From the human T2T-CHM13v2.0 reference genome, Homo sapiens: a stretch of 64,000 nucleotides of DNA. The stretch is from the NCBI RefSeq assembly GCF_009914755.1, contig NC_060936.1; one strand, given 5' to 3'. Of the stretch, positions 36,001-49,445 are shown in pieces (positions within the stretch are counted from its first letter, which is position 1; each line of letters starts with the position of its first letter). The notes under the pieces are model-generated. The model saw nothing but the letters and a program-made list of their open reading frames with translations. It was not told the DNA's origin and ran no database searches. Made by a program: the position numbers and the translations under genes.

Positions 36001-38028
36001 GTGAATTGACAGACAGAAAATCCTCTTCCTCCGCTCCTTCCCCAGATTGTTATGTGAAGCCCACAATGGCAAGAACCTCAATTGCTTTTGCACCAACCTA
36101 TATCTACACCAACCTATGTATAACAGAATGTATATACATTATATATATTCACATATATTTCTGTGAATCCTCCAGCCCTATGCTGAGTCTCAGAGTCTTG
36201 TCCATCTGATTTTGTCTCTCAGTCCGTGTCTACAGGATGAGTCTGTTGTCCCCTTCACACTGGGTATGCTCTGTGTTTAGGATTTAGGATTTAATCTAGC
36301 ATTTAGGATTCTTTATTCCTTAGGCTTCCCTCCATCCTTCTTCTTCCCTCACCCTTATTCTGAGGGTGTTCTGCATCTGAGCCCACTAACAAGTAGCCTG
36401 CACGTGCCACCCCAGCCCCCAGGCCCCTCCAGGAGAGAAAGAAAGCTTTAGTGGCCTCAACTTTGCAGCCCTTCCACCTCACGCTTGTTCAGCACAAAAA
36501 GTGGGGAGCAATAGTTGAGGTGTGAGTCACCCTATTCATTGGGCTATGGTTGGCAGCCCCATCAGGGAGCCTGCAGCCAGATTCGCAGGATGGGGAAGGG
36601 CAGATGGAACAGCGGGCCAGCCCAAGATAGCTCTTCACAAAGCCCTAGCCTCAGGGGGAATTGAGGGAAGAATTTTCCTGCCTCCACCCAAAGCCAGCGG
36701 AATCTTGCCCCCATCCCAACCTGGGTCCCAGCTCTGGTCCTAGCTAGATTCTCAGAATCACAGGGCCCTGAGGGGAGTGGCCACTCTGGATCTGCAGAGC
36801 TGGACACACCACCCCCTCCCTCCTACAGCCCAATGTCTCTAGGGCTTTCAGACCCCAGTCTGAAAACCGGACTAGGTAGAAAGGCAAATGTCCAGACATA
36901 AAGCAACTGCTCAGCCTTGGCTCAGAGGGCCTTTGGAGGTGAGTCCCTGCTGCCATTATTGAGGTCATAGTGACAAGTTACCCCCTGGAGTTGAGTTTTT
37001 CTTGTGCACGGGCTTCGCACACATTGTGGGTCACAGCATAGGTGCAAAAGCATGTGGCACCACTCCAGACCATGTGTTGGTCCTGACCCAGTCCTTGGAT
37101 GGGTCTGGGACCCTGAGCAAGTTGCCTAACCTCTCACTGCATAGTTTTGTCCAGTGCAGCTGGGAGAGAAGGGAGGGGCCTGGGCTCATTGGAGGGGCCA
37201 TGCAAGCTGGAATTTTAATTTTGAGCTGGCTGGGGCTGAGCAGGAAGGGAGGGGCAGGCCTGCAGGGGGCTGTGGGGAGCAGCCTTGGCCCCCATCCCTT
37301 AGATTCAGCAGCCGATTGGCCCTGGCAGGAGAGGGTGCAGAGCAGAGCCCTCCGCTTCCCTCCAGCAGGCCCCTGCAAGTCTGAGGAATGTTCTTCCCTC
37401 GTATGAAAGGTGTTTTGCTCATGGCACACCAAACTCTTTGAAAATCCCCCTTGGTTGATTGAAACTATGGGCTGGAAATCAACAAATACTTTAATTAGTC
37501 AGAGGGACTAAAAAAGGATATACAGCAAAATCCTCTGCGCTTTGCTTTCTCATAGAGGGTGGTTTTATTTTTTAAATAAACACTTACGTAGGAGTGACCA
37601 TGTGCCAGGCACTGCCCTGCACACTTTACATATATGAATCTGAAACTAGAGCATGCAAAGAAGGGCTCTTAGCACTTCCTCAGCTTGGCTGTCCAATGTA
37701 GGTGTCAGTGTGTCCCATACTCTGGGGATTTGCAGCCTCCCTCTTCAGTGGAGAGGCAGAGACATGACTCATTTACACCAGGTTGTATCCCTGCAGCATC
37801 AGAGGTGCAGAAGGAAGCTTGCTGACATCCCCAACTCACCCACTGTTCCATTTCTCCCTGCTACTTTCTGTTCTCTCACCAGTAGCCACAACTGGGAACG
37901 GGGAGGCAGAGGAGACGCTACAGCTGCCCCCCTCCCCAAGTTTGTGTTTGGCTCAGGGCTTCCTGGTCCTGGGAGGGAGGGCAAGTGCCGGAGACAGAGC
38001 CTTATTCCATCTGGCTTTCCTGCTTTGG

Positions 38029-38112
38029 GTGAGCACTGATCATGGGTGGGGGGAAGGTGGGGTGAGTCAGGTGAGCTCTGATCATGGGTGGAGGGCAGGT
38101 GGGGTGAATCAG
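38029..38112 (+). repeat. 42-bp tandem duplication (2 copies), G-rich, containing an AP-1 motif
   Basis: gtgagcactgatcatgggtggggggaaggtggggtgagtcag / gtgagctctgatcatgggtggagggcaggtggggtgaatcag. Confidence 0.9.
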
Positions 38113-38279
38113 TACAGAAGGTGGTAATATGGTGAGGGAGAAAAGAAAGTAAATGACAGCATTGAGGCTGGAGCTGTTGCCTCTCCCAGGGCCACCCTCA
38201 GGAAATGCACTCGGCATCTGCACAGTCCTCAAGGCCATGGGACACCTTGCTGGCCCCAGTCCCACCATCTATGTGAGAC

Positions 38280-38632
38280 TGTGACCCTGTGTCCTTCCCC
38301 ATTTCCTCCCTCAGACTCCAGGACACACTCGCAGCTCCCATCTTCATGTTCCGTGGGCACATGTGAACACTGACCTGCTCACTGTCCACTTGGACCAACG
38401 ATCACTGTTGAGGGTTTGTGAAAACAGGTTAAGGCTTCTTCCAAGGGAGACGCAGTGCAAAAAGCAACTGAGACAAGAGAGCGTGCAGGAGTGTTTCAAT
38501 TCATGCCAGTCATTGAATCAGGTCCTGTTCCACATGTGTGACTTGGCCAAGGCAGATGCCATGCACTGGACTTCTGGACTCTGGTTGTGTGACCCTGTAC
38601 CCTTCCCCATTTCCTCCCTCAGACTCCAGGAC
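38280..38632 (+). repeat. Dispersed 45-bp direct repeat (38280-38324 and 38588-38632)
   Basis: tgtgaccctgt(gt/ac)ccttccccatttcctccctcagactccaggac, 43/45 identical. Confidence 0.9.
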
Positions 38633-39754
38633 TGCGAACAGGGCTGGGTCTCCTCTAGGATCTCCTTACCAGACCCAGGATGGTGGCCCACACCACTTGA
38701 CAGTGACGGGTCACTGTGCAAGGGCCGGGTTAGGGAAGCTGGCCTGACTTGGTTTCAGAGAAAAAAACCAGCCCAGTGATCCATCCATAGAGGAACAGGC
38801 TGAGTTCAGGGAGGTGGAGCCTAACGCCAAGCCCTTGGCAAGGTGAGGTGAGAGCCAAGCCTGGGTCCTGGTCCTGTCCCACACGCTGTTGTTGCCCTGC
38901 ACTGCCCATCTGGGCCTCAGCAAGAGCCTACTTGTCTCCCAGTCCAAGGCTGCACGTCTCAGTCCTCTTCAGAGAGCCATTTCCCGAGGGCTGTGTGCAT
39001 GACAGGGCTGACAGGTGACCGTGATGGGTGAGGGTGTTTTTACTGCTCCCCACCCCTCCCCTGTCCAGAGCCCTCATGTCCAGGTGCTGGTCTGGGTCTT
39101 TCCAGGGAGCAGACTGGCCTTCAAGCCTAAGTTAGCACCGAAGCCTGTTCCTCCAAGGCATTTGTCTGCTCTAGGCCATGAGGTCCCACCAGTCTGCAGA
39201 CGCTGATCACCTCTACTCCAGTGGCTGATAGTAAGGAGTTAGAATTCACACATGACTCCCTCTGCCCGTGCCCAGAGCCTCACAGTGCTTAGCTGGGCCT
39301 CCAGTCAAACCCACATCCTCTGTAACAGTTGTCAAGGACTCCCACTATTTCTTGCTCATTCACAAGTCCCTGGTCCCCAGGGCCTTTCGGCCTCACCTCC
39401 ACTCTCCAGCCAGGTGGATCCCTTCACAGCCTCAACCCCATGTCGGCCGGTTCCCGATTTAATGTTAGAGGGTCAGTGCTCAGTGCTGGTTCTGCCTGCT
39501 CCCTCCCTCCCTACACTGTGCCTCCCCACTCCCATCTTCTCTGGCACAAAACGTGAAACAAGGACCCAGATGCCTTCTCTGGCAGTCTCTTGCAAATGGG
39601 GGAGATGTGGAGATGTATCTGACGATTTCTAGGCAGCTTGTCTCTCTGAAGTTCTGGACTTTCATGATCCCCAAAAAGCTCACAGCATGGGATGAGCCTG
39701 AGCCCTCGATGTGCTCTGTGGCTTGGTGAAAGATGACAGCAATCACCACACTTG

Positions 39755-39930
39755 AGTGGCACTGACTGTGAGCCAGGCATGGTTCTGGATGTATCAACTC
39801 ATTTACTCCTCACAGCCTCGTGGGGTGGGCCTAATATGATCCCTGTTTTGCAGATGAGGAAACTGATGCCCTGAGAGGGTAAGCAACTGGCAAGTGACAG
39901 AGCCTAGGTAAGAGCCCAGGCAAGGGTGTC
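39755..39930 (-). mobile_element. MIR SINE
   Basis: ctcatttactcctcacagcc...ccctgttttgcagatgaggaaactga...gagagggtaagcaact is the MIR core in antisense. Confidence 0.75.
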
Positions 39931-41924
39931 TCCAAAAGCCCTTGTCATCACCATTGTGGGCACTTGGATTTTCAGTGCAGGACTTGTGATTTGACTCTGA
40001 AGAGGATGACTTCAGCAGAGGCCTCAACCTCTGGATAGTCTGTGAAGGCAGCAAACAGAGAGGGCCCCAGATACCACTCAGCAGTCAGTATACCACAACA
40101 TCTTCCAGCAACCCCAAGAGAGAGGGACCCCTGCCCTGGAGTATAGACAGGGGAGGTGCCCTTGGAGACCCCCTCCCTTCTCTGAACTGCCAGAACCCAG
40201 GGCAGGACCACTAAGACTCTGGGGCAAGACTCAGGGGATTGGGGTTCCCTATAAAATCCTATACAATGTCCTCAAGGGGGAAGCCTGGGGATCGCCTGAC
40301 ACCCATCTCCCTCCTACCCTGGCACTAGGCCCAGGGCAAAGCCCAGATGCTTCCTGGGGCAGTCCTTCCAGATGCATGAGACGTGGCTAACAACTGCTGA
40401 TACTTCCTAATACCTTGGGAGTAGCCCAGTGTCTTGGCCCAAGCTTCAGTGATTCGCTCTATTCCTCCCCTCTCCAAACCCCACAACCGCTTATGGCCAA
40501 GACACTCAAACAGGGCCCTGCAACACTTTGTTCAGGATGAGCAGAGGCCATGATCAGGAGAGTATGAAATGGAATAACCCAGCCTGAGCATTATTTGGCA
40601 TTTTGGATCCTTTGGGATGGGCCAAACCACCCTGTGGCCTCTTAGAGACTGACCAGCTCCTTGCATGAGGCTGCCCCACTTAGAAAAGAAATTAGCACCA
40701 TTCACTGAGATATGTAGCCTCGTTGCTTTTGGTGATACTGGACCTGATTTCCTCCAGCCCTTCTTTGAAGTGAATGGATACTGAGTGCTTACTGTGTGCC
40801 TGACATTGTGCCAAAATGTAGCATGCGTTATCTTACTTACTATTCATCCATATTCATCCACAGGTGATCAGCACTACTATTTGTCCCGTTTTCTGAGCCT
40901 CAGAAAGGAACATGTCTTACCTAAGCTCATATGGATAATATTTGTCAAAACTGGAATTTGACCCCAGGTCTGGCTGCTCCTAGAGCTTATGCTCTCAATC
41001 AGCACATAAGGGGAATTGCTGAGGGGACCCTGAAGAGCCAGTATCCCCGTCAGCAACATCAGCAGCCCATATACTGAAGTCACGCAAATAGACATGCCAC
41101 TTAAACAAAATGGTATGCTCCTCTGCAAACCAGCTTTGACACAGACCTGCCATGCCACCGCCCCTCCTAACCAGATCGCCACCTCTAAGCCCCAAGCCCT
41201 ACCCAGGAAGAAATTCTGGGGGTGCCACTAGGGTCATCAATGCCACAATGCCCCCTGCAAGATGTAGCTGCGAGCTCTCTGGGTCTATGAGGCCCAAATG
41301 CTCTCCATCTCTACCCATCAGCCTTCCCAGGCAGGGCTGTGCCAAGGAGTGAACAAAAGCTCCATTCACCATGACCCTCTCCCCGCCCCCACCATGCCCT
41401 GCTTCCCTCCTCTCCCTGCTTCTCTCCTCAGCCACCTGCCCCAGGAGTCCCAGCCAGTTTCTCAATCTGCTCTGAGGCCTTGACCCAGCCATCAGCCTCC
41501 TCATCCCCAGGCCATCCTGGAAGGGAGGGCCTCAGTGTCCAGGGCTAGGGAGACACTCAGCAGCCACTGACGCCACGCAGCAGATGCCATGACCTGTCTA
41601 GGCCTCTCGGGCAGCTGACCTGGGCATCCCTGAGGGCTGGGCCCCCTCACTCTGGCGTCAGTCATGGCCTCCTGCAGGTTGGCACGCCGCCCTCAGCAAA
41701 GAACAATAACACGTTATGGTCTGCAAGTCCTCAGGTACAACATGGCTCCATTGTTCTGAGTCTGGAAAATGATCTCACTCTCACCCTGAGAACCAAGGTT
41801 AGCCCCAGTCCTTCGGTGAAGCAGGGCCTTCCTTTGCCCAGGAATGCACAGTAGCTTCTTATTGGCCTTATGCTCAACAATTCATTCTTCTGGGTCCCCC
41901 TTCCTCATCATCCCTCCTACCATC

Positions 41925-42412
41925 TATGATAGGTGGAATAATGATCCCCAAAGAAGACCCCATCTTAATCCCCAGAAACTGTACATCTGTTATGTTACAT
42001 GGCAAAGAGACATTAAGGCTGAAGATAGCATGAAGGTTGCTAACCACCTGACCTTAAAATAGGGAGATTATTCTGGATCATCTGGGTGGGCCTAATATAA
42101 TCCCAAATGTCCTTAAATGTGGAAGAGGGAAGCAGGAGATTGGAGTGACACCGTCTGGGGTGAACTTGATCCCCTGTTGCTGGCTTTGATGAAGGGAGGA
42201 GGGCCATGAGCCAGGGAATGTGGGCAACTTCTAGAAGCTGGACATGCAGGGAAGCAGACTCTACCCCAGAGTCTCCAGGAGAAGTCAGCACTGCCAGCAT
42301 CTTGATTTTTGCCCAGAGAGACTGTGACCTCTAGATCCATCACATCTCAAATCTGTGCCGTCTTACCAGAGTTTAGGGTAACTTTACTACAGCAAGAACA
42401 AGAAACAATGTC
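41925..42412. mobile_element. MLT1D-like MaLR LTR
   Basis: atgttacatggcaaagagacatt...gaccttaaaatagggagattattctggatcatctgggtgggcctaatataatc...ggccatgagccagggaatgtgggcaacttctagaagctgg. Confidence 0.8.
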
Positions 42413-45400
42413 TAGACACACCATCTCTATCTAGATTCGGCTGCAGCCAAGAGAGTCTTCTTTTTCTCTGCCACACTCTGGAGACCCTCTTCCACCTTCA
42501 TGGTCTCCTCCCCTGGCCCTGCCTCCCAGCCCTGCCTGCCCTTCCTTCATCGTGAATTCTGCTCCTGGAAGCTCCCTCCAAAAGGTGGCCTCCTCCTGAG
42601 GACCGCTTTTCACCACACTTACTTGCCCACCCCACAGACCTCGCTGAGCACCACTGTGTAGCCGCAGGCATTGGACTAGGTCTATGGAATAAGTGAGCAG
42701 GCAGCCTTCACCATCCGCTGGAGAATCTGCCAGGACCCTCTGCGGGACGTGTGCTTTACTGACCCAGCGTCTCTATGTGTTTGAGGGTTTTGTCCACCGG
42801 TCTCAGATAGAAAGCTCACTGTGGATTTGGTCCCTGAGTCTACCTTCCTCAGTACCGACTTCCTCTCCCCATCCCTCCACATTGCTTTGCCCCAAGGCTT
42901 AGCAGGAGCTGTGCCCTGTGCTGACTGCCAGGCTTAGGTGCTCACTCTCTGGCTGAGGGGAGGAAGAACTGGTGCTGGAATTAGACCCACCCTTTGGCTA
43001 CTCTTTGATAGCAGTGAGCCCTCAAATCCATGCCTGCTGCACCCAGAGGTCTGATGAAGCACATCCCACCTTCCCAGCCTTCTCCTGGTTTGTGGAGGGG
43101 ATTGGTCTCCCAGCACCTCAGTGGCCTCATTTCCCAGGCAACTGGCTCCGCCCATTGCTGCTTTTGTCCACTTTTGGTTCTTCCCCCATTGCTGGCTGCT
43201 AGGTACAGGTTCTCACTCTGGAAAGACCAAGGAAGGCAAGATGGCAGCTTGCAGGGAATAGTCTGGTTGGTGAGGCATATGTCTGTCCTAGAATATGACA
43301 CCATAACTGGGATTTCTCTGAGGTCGTTGCCCTGGCAGACAAATGTAGACATTTCCTGAGAGGCCCAGCTCCTGTGGGGAGGCAGTGAAAACCAGCCTGA
43401 TGCACACCTTCCCCCCAGATAGTCCCAGAGGACTCAGCCTGAAAGAAATGGACCCTGTCCATCTTCCCAAGGCCCCATAGCCTTCTTAGTTGGCAGAGAA
43501 CTGTGGCACCCTTTGTGTAGAATCTTGACAGAGTCTACTGATTGAGGAGAAGAGGGGCATGCCACATAGGTTTATCTCATCATGACCTCAGCAGGGAGCA
43601 CAATCTAAAGACAAAGTATTTGATCTGAAAATAGCTTTGGGCTGCTCAGCAACTCTGTCCTGCACTTCACCCTACACCCTCGTGAGGGCTCCCACAGCCT
43701 GCACCCTCTCCACTCCCCTCCAAGAAATGAGCATGGCGGGTCCTAATGCTGGGGGACAGCTCTAGATGAAAGTGGAAGGGAAAGAGTAGACAAGACCTTG
43801 AGTTTCCTCCCTGAGGAAGCCAATCCAACATGGGAGTTCTAACCCCCAATCCTGGGGTTCACATTACCAAATTGAGCCCCACCTTGTGAGTCAGTGGGGC
43901 AGGTGCCTCCCAAGGCCTCCAGCGCCATGGATTACCTGCCTCGGTCAGGTTCTAGAGCCCAGCTTGGCCTTGGGCTGGGCAGCAAGTTGGCTCCAGGCTT
44001 CCTTCCTATATGCTCAGGTCCAGCCTGCAGTTGTTTTCCATGGACAAGAATCCTAAGATGGCTGAGGCGGGCTGTTTCCAAAACCCTCCTGAGGGCTGAG
44101 GGCAGGAGCTTGTCAATCAGGCTTCAGAGTCTATACTCCCTGTTCCTATTCATCTTGCTCTGAAGCAGAATTGGCCTTTAACCAGCCTGGGAAGCATCTC
44201 TCTTCAGCACGTGGCTGGGCCCTAAGTGACACCGGCTGCCTGGTCGCAGACATGCTCCTCCACCTGCCTCTGAAAGCAGAGTGGCTGTGTCTCCCTTCCA
44301 CCTCCCCTTCCTGGAGCACCACAGTTGCACTGTGCTTGCCAGGAGGCACCAGAGAAATGGAGCTCACCACATACGCACCAGACCCACCGTACAGCTGCTG
44401 GCGGTTCTCACGGCCAGCGTGTTCTTCTTCATTGTGAGTTGAAATCTGCCTCCCTCTAACATCCACTTCCCCATCATTGTTCCGCTCTGTGGAGTTTCAC
44501 AGAAGAGGATCAGACCCTCTTCCTCTTTGACAAGTATTTCTATGTTTGTGGACATTTCTTGGTCTCCCTTCTCCAACTCCAAGGATGCTGACTCCTAGGG
44601 AGAAGACATGGTTAAATCCTAGGCTGCTTACACCGGCAGCTTCCTGACCCAGCTCCTCACAGCCCTCAGGAGTGTCTGCAGCCCTTGCCACTAACGCAAG
44701 CCCAGTATGGCATTGCTGGCCTCTCCAGCGGTGCCCCTTCAGCCCTCTTTCACATTTATATGAGTCAAATATTTCCCAAGCTACGCTCATTCAGGGACCA
44801 CCAACAGAAGTTTGCCTGTATCCACAAACCACTTGTCCTGTTATTTTCTTTAATATGTGTCTTGTTTAATTGGCTTACATATTGACCTAGTATATTTGTT
44901 TGATAAGGAAACTCTGTTAACTACTGACTTACATATTTTCTAATTACACCAAAATCATGCCATGACCATAACACAGGCTGTGCCATGCAACCTGAAGTGA
45001 TTTTGTGTGCCTGCAGCAGCATACCCTTTCTTCCCAGGGAGCTCGGCTTTACCACATCTGCCCTCCCCTCTGCCTCTCCTCAAGCCTTGGCCCCAGACGA
45101 CTTCTAACATAGCTCTGGGCTCCTCCTTTGAGTAAGTAGTTTTAGAGATAGACCTTTCTTGTTTCCTGGGTCCCTGTTCATTCTCCAGCCTGGAAGGCCA
45201 AGGCTTTCCCTTGCTCTCTGATCTCAGGCCTCTTCTCCCACCACACAAGGAACCTCTCCTGCAACACTTAGGAGAGGGCTGGGTTGTGGGGCCAGGGTTC
45301 ATGCCTGGGCCGCCTTAAACCTCTGAGTGTCCAGCTGTGTGCCTGGATGAACACACACCCCTGATGCAGAGTCAGGGTGGTGTGGGGGAATCTCTGTAAT

Positions 45401-47244
45401 GACACCATCGAGGGGCTGGAAACCACAAATGAGCACTTGGAAAGTTGTACTGCAGTCCTTAGAGGGTGAGAGGGTGAGTGTGGCAAACTGCAGCTTCTGA
45501 CCAGGCCGTCAAAACAACAGGGGCTGTGGGAGGTTCAGCCTGGGTGTGTTGGGGAAGGGGGAGAAGGCTGTGGTGCCCCACCCTACCCCACCCCACCTGT
45601 GATAGGTGCTGCCTACAGAGAGATGCTGGGAACCACTCTTGCCGCCCTCTGGCAAGACCTGGGACAAATACCTGAAAAGCTTCTCACCCTAATGCACTTG
45701 GCTTCTCCCTGGGTCACTGGGTCACTGGGCCCCTTGCTTGGTTTTGACCGTCTCTGCAGTTCCTGCCCAGTCCCAAAGGCTGACTCCAGCTTCATCCTTT
45801 TCCCTCCCAGACCCTTACTGTTGGCCCCACACAGAGTACCCCTCCTCTCTGGAAGCCCTAAGGACCCTTGCTACTCCAGGACTTGGACCTGTGTCTTCAG
45901 GTGCCGGATCTGGGACAAAAGAGGGAGACAGTAAAATTTCTCTCTCCCTAGGTAGGAGAGAATATGGCTGGCCACTTCACCCTGGTGGCCCTAAGCATGT
46001 TTCATAGTCCCTCTGGCCCTAAATTTCCTTATTAATATAAATTGGTTGGGGGGGGGTTGCTAATAGGATTGTTGAGGATTTAATAAGAAATATCCTTAAA
46101 GAACGTAGCTCATGGCCTGACACACAGGAAACCCTCAATTAACTATAGCGATGATCACTATTCCCACCTTCAAGGTTTATCTCTGTGTTTATTTCCCATT
46201 CCCATTTCCTTGACAGGCTCTGCACCTCTCCTTTCCTATCCCGTCCTCCTGTCTTTTGACACCGGAAGCTTGGCCTGGGTACCTGGTTCTCCCCCAGTTG
46301 GTGTCCCAAGTGTGGGTGCTGTCTCCAAAGTCCCCTTAGACTTGGTCAAGAGGGGCCCCTGCCTTGGGCCTTCTAGTTGCCCTTGTTCCACAGAGTGAGG
46401 AGTCTGCAGGGCCAAGGGCCATGCTCATGGGGTCCACACTCCCCTTCTAGACCCGCTCAGCTACCTAAAACCCCAGCATTCCCTCCCCAGTGACTCCCAG
46501 CCCACGCTCAGGCCTGTCCTCTGGAGAGCAGACTGCCGGGTGCTGGGCACACCTCTAGGCTGTCTGCAGATTGTGGTTGTGTAGGCAAGGGAGCAAAGCC
46601 AGGGGTAGGAAGAGAAAGGGGCAGGCTGCAGGCCAGGAGCTGGGAATTCTCTCCATGCTGCCACATTCCAGAGTTCTGGAACTCTGACGAGTCCAAAATT
46701 AAAATCTCCAACTGAGCCTGGCCTACTGGGTCCGTCTGTGGGAGACTCAAACCTCTTGGTCCACTGGCCTGGAGACATTTTAGAAGTGGAGGCTTTGTCT
46801 CGGAGCATGGAGGGGATAGGCCTGCCTGGGCTCCCGGCCTGCTGACTGTGTTCTGCTTGACACCAGGCCAGCTGGGCTAAGCGTTCAGATGCAAAGAGGA
46901 AGCTGCTGGGGCCTCCTGACAGCAGATGCAAAGCTGAGGTACCCAAACACCTCGACCTTTCTCAGGGGCTCATGTAAGCAAATTGCTTTATCAGCTTTAT
47001 CAGTTTTTATGTTTTCCTTACGCATTTTCATAGAATTTGCCCCATATTCCATGCCATTTTCTCAGGACATCCTTTTGAGCATCCTGGACCCAACCGTCTT
47101 CATATAAGAAGAAAAATTTTAGTTTTGGTTTCATCCATGATTATCCTAGACCCAAACATTTAGAAATAAGTTGTTATATGGAATAGCCACCCGAAGGTGT
47201 GAGTTTGGGCATAAAAAGCACACATTGCATATATCCTTATCTGT

Positions 47245-47350
47245 ATAGAGTCACGTGGACCTGATGCTGCCACCTTCTGGCTGCGTCACCTGGGGCAAGT
47301 TATTTAACGTCTCTAAGCCTCAGGTTCCCCATCTGTAAACTGAAGCCCTG
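47245..47350 (+). mobile_element. MIR fragment
   Basis: ctgccaccttctggctgcgtcacctggggcaagttatttaacgtctctaagcctcaggttccccatctgtaaac. Confidence 0.75.
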
Positions 47351-48425
47351 GCCTAGTAGATCTCTAGATAAACTCTAACATCACTCCTACCCCTAAAACT
47401 CTGGTACTTACCCCCTTTACTCTTCCCTCTTTATTTTGCATTCAGCCCAGGGATCTCATCTTCCCAAAGCTTCTTTCATGTTCCTGCCCCTTTTACCTTC
47501 ACAGTTCCTGACATTGGAGAAGGCAGTGTTTTAAAGCCCAGCTCCAATGCCCTTTAATCCAGAAAGCCACACTCTTCAGTCGCTACATTGGAAGACCCAC
47601 CTTGGAGGCTGGACGGAAACCTGGGGGTTCACCCAGCTCAACCCCCTCATTTAACAGGAAGGGAAACTGAGGGCAAAATGAGGCAGTGACTTAGAGACAG
47701 AGCCAGGTCTGGAACCCAAATGCCCTTTAACCTTGCCACCTCTGGGATCCACAACCCTCAGGGCCACCATTTTAACTTGCACATATTATTATTACTGTGA
47801 TCATCTGTGCTTCCTTAGAACCTTAATACCTCTGAGGGCCAGAATCACATTGTGTTCATTCTGTATCCACCCTGTCCTGCGCCAACCCTCCAGCATCATC
47901 CCTGTACCAGATGGTACCTCAATAAGTGTCTGTTAAGTTTCACTAAACATAAATCCCATTTTGATCGTTGCAAAAAAACCACGTCTCATTTGAAGACCTC
48001 CCTGTGTTCTTATATCTGACTACTGTTGTGGTAGAGCAAACTGAAAGGGTTTGCAAAAGCCGATTGTTAAATTTTGAAGAACGTTGTGAGCTGTTATTAA
48101 ACATAGCCATAATTCAAATTAAATTATGTAAAATTATAGTTAAATACATTGCATTAAAAACAAAGGGAAGAAATGTTTAAAACTCACCATTTTCTAATTT
48201 TATTATACTTTACTTTGATATATTATCAAAGTTCTTGTGGTTGTTGACATTTATTGAATCTACATGCAGAAATCCCCTACCATGGTGTTCACATCTCTTT
48301 CCAGCCTGTAATCAGTGACATCATGTTGGTAGCTTGAAATCACCTTTGTGGGAGAATTTACCCCAAGCAAACTGGCAAGCACTACAAATCAGAGCTTGGT
48401 TTATTGTTTGGTTGATTGTCTGGAG

Positions 48426-48721
48426 CTGCACAGCCTCACACAGCTGCCACTAGTTCCATGTGGCTAACTGAGCACTTGAAATGTGGCTAGTCCAAGCTTA
48501 GATATGTCATATGTACTGGATATTGAAGATTCAGAATGGAAGAAAAGAATGTAAAATATATCATCAAAAATGTTTATATTGATTATCTATTGAAAGAATA
48601 GTGTTTTCTATATATTATGTCAAATATATTAGAATTAATTTAGTCTATTCCTTAAATGTGGCTACTAGCAGATTTTAAATAATATCTGTGGCTTTCATTG
48701 CATTTCTACTGGACAGCTCTG
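48426..48721. mobile_element. MER33 (hAT-Charlie) nested in MER63
   Basis: ccactagttccatgtggctaactgagcacttgaaatgtggctagtcc...aatgtggctactag...atttctactggacagctctg. Confidence 0.75.
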
Positions 48722-49102
48722 GTCTAAATTTAATAAAGTGATGGGGAAAATGTTTATAACGTAGATTAAAATTAAAAGTATGTTGTGCCCATTGATAATA
48801 ACATTATGAATAGCCAAAAAATACAAAATAATATCCCGGTATTTAAAACCCATTATCTGATTCAGCCAAAAAGTCACTCACATCATTGAGGAGCAAGTAA
48901 GTTCCAACATTCATCTTCATCATTTCACGTTCATCTTAACTGTGAAGATGAACATGGGAGCTAACATTCATGTGGGGGCTATGCTGGTTTGTTGGTTGCA
49001 GCCACTGGCCAGCCATGGGCATAAGAGTTTGGCAAAAGCCAACTGAAAGCATTCCATGAGGGTCACTTGGCTGTATCAGGTTTATAATAAAGAGTATTGT
49101 AG

Positions 49103-49445
<343 letters not shown>

